The position numbers were made by a program, and so were the translations under genes. Shown piece after piece: positions 14,201 to 28,100 of a stretch of DNA of 64,000 nucleotides. The notes under the pieces were generated by a model that was given only the letters and a program-made list of their open reading frames with translations, ran no database searches and was not told where the DNA came from. This DNA comes from Balanoglossus misakiensis (Eukaryota > Animalia > Hemichordata). The stretch spans positions 11,670,909 to 11,734,908 of the forward strand of contig CM082580.2 of the NCBI GenBank assembly GCA_040954595.2, given 5' to 3'. Positions within the stretch are counted from its first letter, which is position 1; every line of letters begins with the position of its first letter.

Positions 14201-17200
14201 GGCCCCAAGGAAGGTTTCATCTCTGAAGAGGGACCTGGATGCCCGGGCACGCAGTGAAGCCTATAGGTATTGCACTAAGTATTAACACTCACTGTCTTGT
14301 GAATGTGGTGGCTGCCTGTGAGATCTTAACCCATTGAATCCTAGCTGGGAAAATGTCATAGGTCATAGGTCACTATGAGGTCAGGGGTCAAAGGGTTAAA
14401 TGCTAGTAGCATAATGCATCATTGATTGACTGTAAAGTTGGATATAATGTATTTCACCATACCAACATGTAAAATAATTGCATCCTGTGAAATGTGAATG
14501 GAAAGTGAAGTGAATAAATAAAAAGTAGTATCACGTCATTTTTTTGCTTCATCTATAGGTCTGTGTTCCGTTTGCCAAGCTCAGAGAAGCTGGATGGTGA
14601 CACTGAATGTAGTCTGTGGACACCATACAATAAGAGTTATGTCATAGGTCGTCTGTACATGTCAAATAATTACCTCTGTTTTGCTAGTAGGGTAAGTTTC
14701 GTACCATCAAGGGCTATTCAAAAAAGCGGATGAATTTACAATGATGTAAAGTTTGTATGCTCCATAGCCTCCATTTTGAAAAGAGATTCTAAGACTGATG
14801 CACAGAATAGTCTTTTGAAACATTGGAATGAGAAGTACTGTCTAAGAGAAAAGTTTTACTACAGAACTGTCAAATTGTTTGAAATCATATCTTCATTCGT
14901 TGCTTTTGCAGGTGAAAAACCTAGTACACGTTGTGATTCCAATGAGAGAGATCACGGTTGTGGAAAAAGTGGAAAACTCTACTGCAATACAGCATGGTAT
15001 TCACATATCCACCAAATCAAAGGTAATGTCATCAGTTTAACCCTTTCGACTCCAGTTTCCTCTATAGAAGTCTAACTTAAACCGTATAAAACAAACACCT
15101 TGTAATCTCTCCAACACTAAAATAAGCCATGTTTCCTTTCAGATGACCGTCTTGTTTGCGCAGTTGAAAGACAGAAACTTCTTAATAGCCAGGATATCAG
15201 ATTTCTTGGGGAAAATGCCAGAGCCTAAAAGGTGAAGTGTGTGTTTTACTGTCTTACCGTTTCAAGCGGAAAAATCTTGTCTTGTGATTTATGATTTATT
15301 TGTTTTGTTATAGTTGTTGTTTATTCTTACATAATTTATTCTGTATCTACAGTCAAGGCAGTGACACAGCATCTATTAGTTCCAGCGGAAGCGAAACGCA
15401 GCCTGGGAAGTCGCTGACGGCTCTTAGTGCTAGCATTGGAAGCATGGGGAGTTACAGCAGTGATAAATCTGGTAAGTTGGAAGACTGGATAACCCTCATT
15501 CTGTAGGAAACTTTAAGCCTTGTGTTTTGTGCCATGGAAAATTTAAACCTTTTGTTGGAAATGAATGACAGTGGCAGCTCATTACAGAACACAGTTACCA
15601 TGGTTGGCTGTTACAGTGATTTGAATTGGTCTGACTCATATCAATGAAAAGATTGAAACATTCCTTTCTCTATCCACATTTCATATTTCTGCATGAAATG
15701 ATATGAAAGATTTGCCTGTGCATTGGATCTGGGTAGTTGAGACTAATTGGTGAACTCAATATATTATCTCTGCTTCCTCCCCGATGTGTCTTTCTTGAAG
15801 ATGATGTCATCCCAGGTAGAATAGACTTCCATCATTCCTGTAGACGATTCCTTGTCTTGCAACTGTATTGTGTTTCTGTGTAGTGTTCCTTCTTTGCACT
15901 GTTGCACTGCCAGCTTCTGTTAGTCCTACCCCCTTTCCCCCCTGCTTTCCCAGTGATGAGGCCCAACTTCCCCATTCCTAACTATGGTGCCTGACCAAAG
16001 AACAAGGGTGGAGGGGGGAAGACAAATCATCACTGTTTATCAGCCCATCTCCGAGATGCCAGTTTGAGACATTCAGAGTGTGAAGGTTATCAATGCCAGG
16101 TGTTGCCAATGCTGATGCATTAGCACTATGCACTTTTGTCTATTACAGTATGTTGGTTTGTTGTAATGTGATTGTAATGTAGTTACTCTTGCTTGAAATT
16201 ATGCATGCTGATATTGTGAAAGACTCTAAATGATATCACAAGATCTGCGTACCCTGTGAGCAAGCTGATGTTATGAATAATCGTTTCACTGATGTACACA
16301 CCTGTTCTTATCATTGTTAACTGTTTCATTTTATCACTTGCAGATAATTTGGATGCATTAGGAATCCATCTGCAGCCAGCTCTGATCAAATTATTCCACC
16401 GCCGAGATTCAGATGAAGTGTCTGTCAAAGAGTCTGTCAAGGAACATTTATGGAGCATACATTTCAGTGAATATGGAAGGTTAGTGTATTGGTAAATGAT
16501 GTGATGTGATGTGATGGATGATGAGGTATAGAACAGGACAGGAAAGGACAAGAAATTTTAAGAGAATAACTTCAATAAGACTAAAATCTACACAAAGGGC
16601 TATTTTGGTAGTGTACAAGCAACTGCTACAGATCGATCATGTTCTTTGATCAGGAGATGTGTTCCTAAGCACCTGAATGGATGGATGGATGAAACTGTTG
16701 TATTTATTTTTCAGGGGGATCTGTATGTACAGAACTGTGAAAACTCATGAGTTGATATTGAAGGGTATACCAGACAGTCTGAGAGGAGAAATCTGGATGT
16801 TGTATTCAGGTGCTGTGAATGAGGTGGGTACAAGACTGCATTCTGTCCCATTCCATGACATGACCATATAACTGATGAAATACCATACACCTTAACCTAT
16901 CTTTAGGAAGTCCACCTGAACTGAATACCTAATGTTTCCATTTTCTGTTCAGATGGCTACAAATCCAGGTTACTATGTTTCACTAATTGAGCAAAGCCTT
17001 GGCAAGGAGAGTATCGCTACGGATGAAATTGAACGAGATCTTCACAGGTATGTCATGTTGATGTTGAGTTCTTAATCGAGTAGTTAAACATTTTCGAAGT
17101 GAAGGCTAAGGCCGGCCCTCGGTCATTCACAACAACCAATAATTTGTTTTTATGATCGATTCTGAGACATTTAACTGAGTATTAAAACAACCACTATACA

Positions 17201-20200
17201 AGGCATTATTGTAATCATGCTGCAAAGTCAGATATTCAAACTGTCATTTCTGTACAGATCTCTGCCAGAACATCCAGCTTTCCAATCCGAGTTGGGCATC
17301 GCTGCATTGAGAAGGGTGCTAACAGCATACGCATGGAGAAACCCCAGCATAGGTAAGGGGCTGCACTGAATCAGGGATAGTACTAACTATTTGAGCAGAG
17401 GGGTTCAAAGGGCAGATTTGAAAAGTACTGTACATTTTTCATATACTTATGAGAAATATTTGTGTTGATTTTTTTGCGATGTTTGTACAGGGTATTGCCA
17501 AGCCATGAACATCGTAACTTCAGTCTTGCTGCTATATGCATCTGAGGAGGAGGCATTTTGGTTACTAGTTGCAATCTGTGAGAGATTGCTGCCTGATTAC
17601 TACAACACCAGAGTGGTTGGTGCATTAATTGATCAAGGTATGTTTGGGTCTTCATTTCAGAGTCTCCCAATCTTTCTGTGAGTGTCAGTACTGAGAAGAA
17701 TTGAGGTGATCTTCTATGTATTGGTGAAAATATTTAAGCATTCTGATATTGATTATTTGATAGGTGTGTTTGAAGAACTTACAAAGAGTCATTTACCAGA
17801 TCTGTATGGAAGGATGGATCATCTAGGTTTACTCAATATGATCTCTCTCTCCTGGTTCCTAACCATATTCTTAAGGTAAGGTTTTGACTATTTGATGCTG
17901 TTTCCAAGATGAATCTTGTGCAGTGTGACTTCAGATGTCACTGTGGCGTTTATACTTTGCTGTCTTTTTGCAGTGTTATGCCGTTTGAAAGCGCCGTCAA
18001 CATAATGGACTGTTTCTTCTACGACGGAGCCAAGGTCATCTTCCAGATAGCCCTGCAGATCTTGGAGGCCAACAGGGAAAAGCTGTTGGACTGTGGAGAC
18101 GACGGCGAGGCCATGACGTGCCTGGGAGAGTACTTAGAAAATGTGTCCAACAAAGATGCCACTTTGCCTCACATGCCACACACATCGTCAATGCAGCCTG
18201 GTGATGTCATTCAAAGGGTGAGTCTGGGCCAGGTGATCGTTGGGTTCAAAGGTCGGAGGTCACAGGTGAATCTGTTGAGTTCACAGGTCTCAGGAGAAAA
18301 TGGTATTGGTAGTAGTTTTAACACTAACCTGGTGCATGTATATGGTAATAGCATGCTAGTGACCATACTAATCGGGTTTATTCACACATGTCAATACTTG
18401 AACGACAATTTCTGGTATGTCTCATAAACTTTGTTGTCAGAATATTTACATATGGTCTGCAACCAGGGTGAGAATAATGACAAATTAACAATCTGTTTCT
18501 GTTGGCAGAAAAATTAACCATAACATAAGCTGTCATGCTGTGTCTTTTCATCCATTTCAACTACAGCTTTCATTTCGCATTTCTGCTTTCCCATTGCAAC
18601 GTGTATGTACAGCTCATTTGTGTCTCATTTGCATCTCATGCTGAATTTGCATGTTTGTTTCATTAATTGGTTATTTTTGAGCATTTTTGTTGATTTTTGC
18701 CAAATAACTATTTACTTATTTGTTAAATCCATTTTATTTTCTCTAGCCCTTGAGAAGAGGCCGTGTAAGTTGTGCATTTGATTTTATCCCAAATCCCTTC
18801 TTTTTTCCTTGTCATTCTCAGTTTTCCAGTTTATTCCCTCTCTTCCAACCATCCCGCAGATTTTTAGTCTGTTGTATTTGTTTTGCAAGTCTTAGCTACC
18901 CTCACACTGATAAACTCGAGTTGCAAATAGTTCTTTGAAAAAAATTGCTCACAGTTGAGTTCAAGGTTATCATTTTACCTTCACATATTGTAATGTATAT
19001 GCCTGTTTCCAGCAAATAAGGCATACTTACACAACAGTCACACATCACCCATCCCTTTTGACCATTTTCTCATCATTGCTACGACCACCCATACACTCAC
19101 AGTGATTGTAATAGCAAGTGCCTGCTTTTAGACCATAATTCCTGATCTGATCCATACCTAAGCTGCTCACATTTTACCAGATCAATAGAGCATGTGTTTT
19201 GTTCTCATACAACATCAAAAAGACCAAAGCTTTTCTGATCTTGCACACACAGCCATCTGTGGAGGTAGCCAACTTGATCCGTGAGTCCTACATACAGTTT
19301 GGCAACCTGAACAATGAAACAATAGACAGACTACGATTCAAACAGAGACTCAAAGTGGTGCAAGGAATTGAAGACACAGCCAGGAGAAATGTTGTCAGGA
19401 GTGTGTTGCCAGATACCATGTTCTCAGCCAAAGAGATGGAAGATATCTACACACTATTTAAGGTGAGAAAAAAATGACACCATTGAAGTAATTCAGTACA
19501 ATTTTCACAAAAATGCATCTGGAAATCTGTGTAGTTGGAATATGAAGCTTTCCATATAAAAGCACCAACATTTTCATCTTGCATAAAATCCCAAGTTGTG
19601 TGTCCCCGAAATTTTGTATCAAAAGAAGTACTGCAGTTGTTGTTTTTAAGTGGGTCTTGCAAATATCCCAACTAAAAAAATAGCTCATCATTTTCCACCC
19701 ATCATTATTATTACAGGAAGAGCAGTTAACCAACAATTTCTGGAGTCAGAATTTTCAACCCATGGATCCCAGCCAACCCATGTATACACAGATGAAGATC
19801 GACCAGGAGAAATTTAAGACCCTGTTTCTGGCCCTCTCACCCTGGGCTCTTGGCGTTTATGGTGGCAGTCTTGCCATCAGAGCTTTCAGAGTAAGTAAGA
19901 CAATTACTTTCAGCAGTTGTTTTTATCACAGTAGTGATCATCAACTCCAGTACACAAAATATGATATGAAGCCTCTGTTTTTTGATGATGTGTGTCTCTG
20001 CTTTAGTTGATAGATGAAGACCAAGATGGCAGTGTCAACTTCAAGGAGTTCACATGGCTGATCAGTTGCATGTGTAAAGGAGAATTAGCTGAGAGACTCA
20101 AACTTATGTACAAACTGCATCTGCCACCAGCTCTTCTTCCAGAAGATTTAGAAAGTCCTAATAATGTGGAGAATAAAAGTAAGTAGTGGTTATGCAGTCT

Positions 20201-23115
20201 GTCTATATTTACTCTGTCAGAAAGGTTGTGTCTGTCTTCTGAAATGAAAGATCTCAGCATGATCGTTTTATGGTGAGTGTAAAAGTTGTGGATGTTTTAG
20301 TTTTGCATGTGAATGCACTTGAATGTATAGCTGAAAGGAAAGCTGCCATTGGAACTGCATTGACTCACCCATGGTATACATAACACACAATGTAACCTGC
20401 ACAGATAATATCATCTGCTTAACCGCCCCATCAATAACTCTTTTGTAAATATTCATCAGTCATACTATTTATTTCAAGCTTTTTTCACCTCTGTAATTAG
20501 AATATTTGATTTGGTAATCATCACACCCCTCACATTCAGTATTTGCACATGACATAATATAGGGCCATAACACAGCTATGGCAGGAAATACATGTTGCAT
20601 TCATGGATGTCTGAGCACTATTCCAAAGTGGACATCTCTTCCATGTTCTAGAGCTACTGTACTTAGATTCCAAGCACACATCACAATTAATTGTTACGGG
20701 GTATGAGCACGGCATCTGTGACTTGTTATAGAACATGGTTTTCCTGTCGTATGCTCATAGAGTACATCATAGAGTCAACGTTGTACTAATATGTTCATTA
20801 TTAAAATTCAACTCACAAAGAGATCATCTGTTATCATGAGTTGTTCTTAAAAATGCTGTGATTAACAACCACCCTCACCAGCCGCCCTAACCCCACGTCC
20901 AAATGTCAAGTTCAAAGTCATGTGGCATATCAGTGTTGTTTGTATTTATGGCGTATTTAAAAAGCAATTTGGCACTGATAAAAATTGGTAGATGGACTGT
21001 TCTGAACTTTTCCCTGCCAGGTGTCCCCATCCCCACTCCTTCCACAGATACTGACACTGAAACTGCTATTGATGCAGCTGAATATTTCGGTGAAGACAGC
21101 AATCAGCCCACGCCGGTCGTGCCGGAGAAGAGAGAGATCCAGGCGGCGCAGTCTGAACAGTTGCTCAATCCTGATGTGAGTAAGGTAATGCATTGTGAGA
21201 GTGGTGTCATTACACAAGGGGTTGCCCACTGCATGGTAGTGTTAAAAAAAGCTGTCCTGAATAGTTAAGTGTTGCCACTCACCATCAAGCAGTGCTGTTC
21301 CTCAAAGTTCCCAAAGATAAGATTCTGGTAGTTTGAGATTGCTGTCCTGAAATACATCACCAATTTCCGTGAAGTACATGTAGGTTGGACTAGTCTGTGT
21401 TTCTGCCTTGTGCCCATGTACAAAGGTGGTGTTGTGTGGAAGGTTCTGCTGTGCCCCATTTTCAGTCTTTGTGGCATGCATGTAAAATTAATACTGAGGT
21501 CAGTTCTGATCATAATAACCTTTGTCAATAATTTCATCCACAGGAAGCAGACGCCAGTCCCCTGTCCTCCCCCGACACCGGAATCGGTACAGACACTGGC
21601 TCGGTTACCTCAGCTACAAAAACCGAATCAAGCTCTACGCAAATTGGTACAGACGCAGGGCTGGTTGCCACAGCCAACGAAGAAGAAACAAGTTCCAATG
21701 AAATCATTACTGAGGCTGGCTCAGTTACCCCTGCCGACAAAGCAGAATCAAGCTCGCCTCAAAACGCTGAAGATAAAAGTGTTGCTGAAGAATCAGAATT
21801 AAAAGAGGATGAGAAAGAGGAGAAACAGATCACGCAGGAAATGTCTGTACGAGATGATATCTATGAAGCCAGGGGAGAAGAGATTCCCACTGTGTTGTTA
21901 GATGGTACAGAAACTGCTAGTCTTGCCTCAGAGGCAAGCACTGGCGAGAGAGGTGTGTATCTGCATGTGTTACAAGCCTCATAGTTTTGTCCATTTTGCA
22001 TTTGGCTGATGTGCATCTCTCAGCAGGAATTCATCAAGATCCTATTCCTGGTTTCACTGCAAAGATTACTGAACGCAGTGTTTGTCTGTTGTTGTAGGCG
22101 AGGACACGTGCACTGATGGAGAAGAAGTGGGATACCGACGAATTTTGAGGAAGTGGGAGAAAGAACGAGAAGCTGAAGAGAGGAAGAAAAGTTTTAAGAA
22201 CTTGCCAAGAATGAATCAGGTATTTTTGATAATTAATATTCTTGTAATATTCTCGTCACCAAACTCAATTTACATCAAACATGAACACACACATGTATCC
22301 TTGCTGGAAATCGCACACATGACAGATTCTGTTTATGTTCACTTTTATTTTGTTCAATGCACTAGGAACAATTTATCCAACTGTGGAAGACATTGTACGA
22401 TATGTTCGGTGAGAATGAGAATGAACAGGAGTTGTATCGAGCCATTGCTGCAGTCGGCACGTTGCTGCTAGAGATTGGTGAGGTCGGGAAACAGTTTTAC
22501 AAGAAAAATAAGAGCGCCAGGCAAGATGCTGCGACGCCGAGTAGCGATGATGCTGATAAGACCGGACAGGATGTCGAGAACGACAACATCTTTCTGAATG
22601 ATAACGAGACCTCGTCAGGAGAGAAAACGGAAACTGTGGATGACAACAAAAATGTGGAAGAAGAAGAAGAAGGAGAAGAGAGAGTAACATTTACCCTGGA
22701 GGAGGATAATCCCGGTGAACAGAATGGCGTACAGGCGATGGAGTCGGCCATGAAAGACATGGAGCTGGGTCACGGAGACGGCGATGGAAGCATCTCGCCA
22801 ACATCTGAAGGGTTGATCACTGTCAGCATGACCTCCCAGGATTCAGATGTCGCATCGCTTCCCGGCCAGGGTCTGGACGACTACCCGCCCCAGATGGAGA
22901 TCGGCAGGCGGGAGAGACCGGAGTCCATCAACAAACTGGACATGGACTGGGCGATCACCTGCGAACAGTTTCTGGCATCCATGCTGACCGAGCCGGAGTT
23001 GGTGCGTTTCTTTGAACAACAGCTGGACGTGTCTCTCTTAATCGATGGTCTGAGACAGAAGAGATCTTTCGAAAGGCAACTTAGTAGCTCTAGTACGGCC
23101 AGCTTAACATCTTAA
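11274..23115 (+). CDS. TBC1D9: TBC1 domain family member 9/8-like Rab-GAP (2x GRAM, TBC, EF-hand)
   Basis: Exons: 11274-11317, 12421-12584, 12851-12928, 13041-13136, 13311-13394, 13584-13717, 13827-14029, 14195-14266, 14559-14691, 14912-15022, 15143-15231, 15353-15471, [15801-15815], 16344-16479, 16715-16823, 16953-17047, 17258-17352, 17491-17637, 17764-17875, 17974-18217, [18747-18764], 19253-19462, 19717-19890, 20007-20178, 21021-21175, 21544-21952, 22098-22219, 22366-23115. N-terminus [31 protein letters not shown]; [23 protein letters not shown]; intact TBC fingers IERDLHRS and GYCQAMN; EF-hand [12 protein letters not shown]; C-terminal [23 protein letters not shown]. Confidence 0.93.
14326..14399 (+). 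mobile_element. Short MITE family B (TTAA-CCC...GGG-TTAA) with internal AGGTCA repeats
   Basis: TTAA on both flanks, TIR CCCATTGA/TCAAAGGG (7 of 8 matching), 66-bp body. Confidence 0.6.
15037..15078 (-). mobile_element. MITE family A end fragment
   Basis: TTAACCCTTTCGACTCCAGTTTCCTCTATAGAAGTC is the reverse complement of the right end of the family A element. Confidence 0.5.
21583..21762 (+). repeat. Degenerate 3 x 60-bp coding tandem repeat in a TBC1D9 exon
   Basis: Units start at 21583, 21643 and 21703: [20 protein letters not shown] / [20 protein letters not shown] / [20 protein letters not shown]. Confidence 0.75.
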
Positions 23116-25122
23116 TCCTAGCCGAATAATAGTTGATGTTTTTAATGTTCTTGTAAATACATTTTTCTTCCCAATGGTCACAGTGCATGCCACATCACAG
23201 CTTCTTGAGAAATCTCTTTCCATGTGCATCACATAGTTGATGTAACAAATCTTGTCTTCGCGCCAGTAAATTTGTATTTCCATTGAAGTACAAATATTTC
23301 AAATTGAGCTCTTTCCTTAGGAATCTGCCCCCACCTTACTTTTATTGTGTATTTAAGTACAGTTTGACATGACCAAAGACTTTTTCTTTGGTGATACAAG
23401 AAATGAACACATGGAAAATCATGTGTATTCACAAACTTCTTCCAATTTGTGTAAGAAACACTCGCACTCCCACCTGTTCTTAGTATAGTCTTCACATAGG
23501 CATCTGTGCATATGAAAGTCGTTGGTCTTACTTAGAGATGCATGTTGTGACGTATTAGTTAGCTGAAATTCTGTGCTCATTGTATATGCTAATTTGGTGA
23601 GTGATTATTCAAGATACAATGTTGTAATTGTGTGTGTTGGTGATGGTGCTTATTCCACTGGGAAATGAAGGGAGGAGAGATAAAGGCGTGAATGTATTTG
23701 CAGTGAGAATGCAAGATTAGTAGGTTACACAGACAATATTTGACGTGATGAAGTCTACCTGAAGGTTACGGAGGATATCAGTTTCAAGATTGGATGGGAG
23801 AAATGGCTCTTTATAGTGATAATTGTTGTAGTTAAAAAGAGACATTTTAAAACAGACCTTAATGTTGTGTGTGCATCTGTTGGATCTGCTAAGTTCTGTG
23901 AACTTCTATTCTATTCGTAACCCACTCATGGATTAGCGGCATCCTGTCCAAAACTCACCATGACTTTATGGTTGATATTTACTGGTAAATACAACTAAAC
24001 TTCAGCTGGTCTGTGAAGTCGTCAGTTTTGTAGGTTTGTTATTTAAAAAAATGTAAGTGGCCTTTTCATTTATGTCGCTCAGTCTTGTCACTCACATTAG
24101 CCGAGAAATGTGTCACCATTTTTCATCATTTAATTTATGTATTCCAAGGATATGAATCTGTTTGTATCTTCTTAATGATAATGTCTGATCAGGGTGCAGA
24201 TGGTGCATACTTCTTCTGTAGTGTAGTCCTGTCCAGATGCACATGCGAATGCACATGTAAATGCCTGGAAACAACTGACCTGGCCGGGTCTATTACTGAT
24301 GCTACCAGTCACTACTGATATCATTAATTGGAATTTTCTAAAGTTGAGAGGTTTGATCTAGCAACACCCTGTTAATGGTTTAGATTAGTTGTCATAGAAG
24401 AATCTTAGAAATACCTTACATATTTTTATGCATGTGTCACATGAAGCATAGTTTCTTCTGTCGGATTTTTAAACAATGATAAAGCCTGCCTCACAAGGTA
24501 ATACGAATCGCAAAGTCCCAGTGCAATTTTGGTGATAACAGTAACCTCGTTTCATGACCCCAATCCCAGCCAGACATGCTTCAAATATTGTCTGATGTCA
24601 AAATTTACAATGTAACGTAACGCATGAGTAATCACTGTGCACCATAAATATTTTAAAGAAACTTGCCTTGTGTTTTCGTGTAGATTAAATAAAAAGGTTG
24701 CATGAGTTTGTCAGGAAAGTGGCAAATAAAGAGCTAAAAAGATACACTGGATAACTTTACATTTCTCCGCCTTTTTTTTCTGAAATCAAATGTTTCCTAT
24801 TTAATGGGAAAAGAGAAGCATTGATCTAACATGCGGGCCACTTTCACATTTGACATTTCCATTCATCATGATAGTTTAGACCATTTGCTGTCTATGAATA
24901 GTTCTGCCCTGAAGCCAATACTTCTGCAATAGAAATGTACAGTAGACAACCCAGTAGAAAACAAAAAGTTCATTTATTATTAATACATGTACATTGAAAT
25001 ATATAAGCAGTTCTCCATCAAGCAGGTTATTTTGTTAATGCTATAACAGCCACTTTTCTATAAAAACATGTGGAATGTATATTGAAATATGTAAATGCTG
25101 TGAAATGACTGCAACTCCGTCG

Positions 25123-28100
25123 TTAATCTTGATGCGTGCTGAAAGTATTTCCATTTCTGTCGAAGTATGAGCTCCATCTCCACTTTTGTGCAGGGCTGTC
25201 ATCACAGGCACGCAGAATAACATGACGGTGGCCGTTTTCAACATCTAGACATCTTCCACTGTTACCATCAATCATTGTTCCATCCTGTTTTGTAAACGAA
25301 AAGCAGATAAATTACTGGATGTGGTGCGAGTGATATAATCACATCAGTGGTGTACCAGGTGAAATATAAGCTTTGTTTTTAAAAACTTCAGCTTCAGTAT
25401 GTCAGAGTACCCTATCAGCTCAGCTCAGTTAGCTTTTCTTCAGAGCCATCTTTTTTATTCCTCAAGAAAACTCCAAGGAAAATCATAAATACCGACCTCA
25501 TTATGATTCCAATATATCAGTCTGGGTGCATCACATTCGGACAAGACAATTTTGGAGACAGATGCTCGGTTGTACGGAGATGAAGACAGACATAGTTCAG
25601 CAAACCATATCTTCCCACTCCAATCAAACATAAACATCTGTTTCAAAAGCAATGCAGATATATGTGTGATATTCCTTTTAAAAGACAAACAATCACAAGA
25701 AAGAATCCTTGTTACCAGGGTTACTTACTTGGTTATGTCCTTCTCCGTGACATGGAAATACACCAACTGTTCCATCTCGGGTCATGGAATCCATGCATAG
25801 ATTAGATCGACCCAAATTGCGTACCTTTAAATGAGAAAACAAAGAAAAACATCACATTTTTACAACTGTAGGTGTTTCCCAAGCAAAATCTCCCATATTA
25901 CCCAGAATGCATTGTGGCACACCTATGACATCATCAATAGGACAGCCAATCAGTTAGTCAGGTGAAAGTCAAAATGGCCGCCGTTTGAACATGGATAGAA
26001 AGTCTCCACATACTTACGAATTCAATGCGTAGAAATTGAAACTTGCAAATGCCCATTTTATATGGACAAACAACTACAAAATGAATACTTAAAAACGTCA
26101 TCTTCATTGAAATCTGATTGTTTACCTCTCCCCTAGCTTGTACTCTGATATCTGGTATAGGTAACTCAGGATAGACATTCTCCAAGTACCATCTGAAGTC
26201 ATGGCACTTCAAGTCTTCTCTTAGTTTAATTCTGTCAGATATATTACCAAAATCTTGTCCTTTGATGCGTGGTTTAAACGAATAGAATACTTCTTTGTAA
26301 TCGTCCATCCAAACTTCAGCTACACGCATGTTATTGCGCGTATATGTTCTGCAAATACATCACACACATTTTCAGGATAGTTGTATGACTGTCATTTGCC
26401 CAGAAATCCGGCTATGAAATCACAAATTTTCACTCATTGAAAAAAATAATGAACATTGTGCTCGATCACCCTTAAAATATCAGATATCATGCCTACTTTT
26501 CGTTTCCCTCCGGAAAATTATAGGGTTGGCTCTTGCGGAACACGTGACCAACATGTGAGCAGGGAATAAGTTCCAAGGCGCCTCCACACATCCAGATCTG
26601 TCATTAAAAAATAATTTGGATAGCTCACTTTGCGTTTCATACCACGCGAGAAACAAGAAAAGATAAAAACAACGTTCACTGTACAGTCGGGGTGGGTCAC
26701 TCGGCAAAATCCGATAGGGATAACATATTTTGAAAATGTACGGGGAGGTCGAATATTAAAACAATATTTACTTTAAACGATAATTCGAGGTTTTCGGCTC
26801 CCCAGATTTCTAAGCCCGGGTCGTAACTCCCTATTCTGTAGAAGAAGTCCCTGTCAATAGCGAAGAGACCACCAGCCATTGTTGGTGATCTGGAAGAGCA
26901 AATAAGATCTCGTGAAAACGATATAATACTGTCGAAATTTTTCCGCATTAGTAACCTCACACTATTCGTCATGCCGGTCGCTGAGTATTGTACATCGCCC
27001 TGGGAGATGAAAATCTTGTCTGGCTGCAATCGTGTTCCGTTCCAGCTGCAATTACTGAAATGATGAAAGTGAGCGCAAAAGAGGTAACGTGATGTTTGTG
27101 GTGATTATAAGTATCCGCTGTTCAAACTGGCGGTGTTTCAAAAGAGTTGATCGCGCACAAATTGCATAATTTCAATAATGTTTCCACTTTTGAAAAGTTT
27201 AATACTTAGATATAAACGAATGCCGACGACGTCCACATACATGGTCTATCTGTAATTGTGTTTGTAAATGCTCTAATTATCCCCACAATTATAGCCAGAC
27301 AACTAATAGGTCAACACAAGTACGGGCATTTCAATATGCATTTTAAAGTGCGTGCTTTTTCTAAAAAGACCGCTTGCATTTGCATTGGACTCCAGAACTG
27401 AATTGTGGAGAGAGTAATACCTTATTTCATTGGAATGGTACTTGTGGCTGTCAGCTCAGTAAACTAATAATACAAGTGGCTGTCTGAGCCCTATACAGTG
27501 AGGGTTTCGATGAACTCAATCGTTAGATTCATCCATCAATACTTGTACCGAAGCTTGGTCGGCAACGTTTTGGACAGAGAGTAAACATTGTCAAACTAGA
27601 GAGTATTGGATAAGACAGGCCATTCGAGATTCCTCAAGAGAGGGAGAGTGCAGTCTCCTCGTCCACTTGTAAGCAAACTTTTACCCGTACCTAATCGGCC
27701 ACGCTTCGTCTTTACGACGCTTCCTCTCATAATCTGGGATTTGTTTCCAGGCGAACCGCAGATCCCAGGAAAACCCGCCGCGGACGGAACTTGCCGGTGA
27801 ATAGCTGAAATTAAATTACATGCCGATCAGAATTGTTATGAATGAAGATCCAATGTAATCTGGCTTTATTATTTTCCTGTGTATTGTTGTATGATTTTAC
27901 TAGTCTGCGCTCATTTGTGTAACTCACGTATTACCTACATGTATAGACCTGCATTGAAATTGATCCATCATGCACCTGTGGGCATCATATTGATATTTCA
28001 TTGGCGCAGTTGGTTTTCAATTAAATACTTCAGTACTCTAGTAATATCAAAGGTAGAAAGAGATATATATTTCCACCTGAACGACTTGGGATCAATGAAG

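Noticed and set aside
27443-27515. tRNA/SINE-like stretch (AGCTCAGT...GGGTTTCGAT)
   Set aside because: No cloverleaf can be drawn and no second copy is visible in the window.
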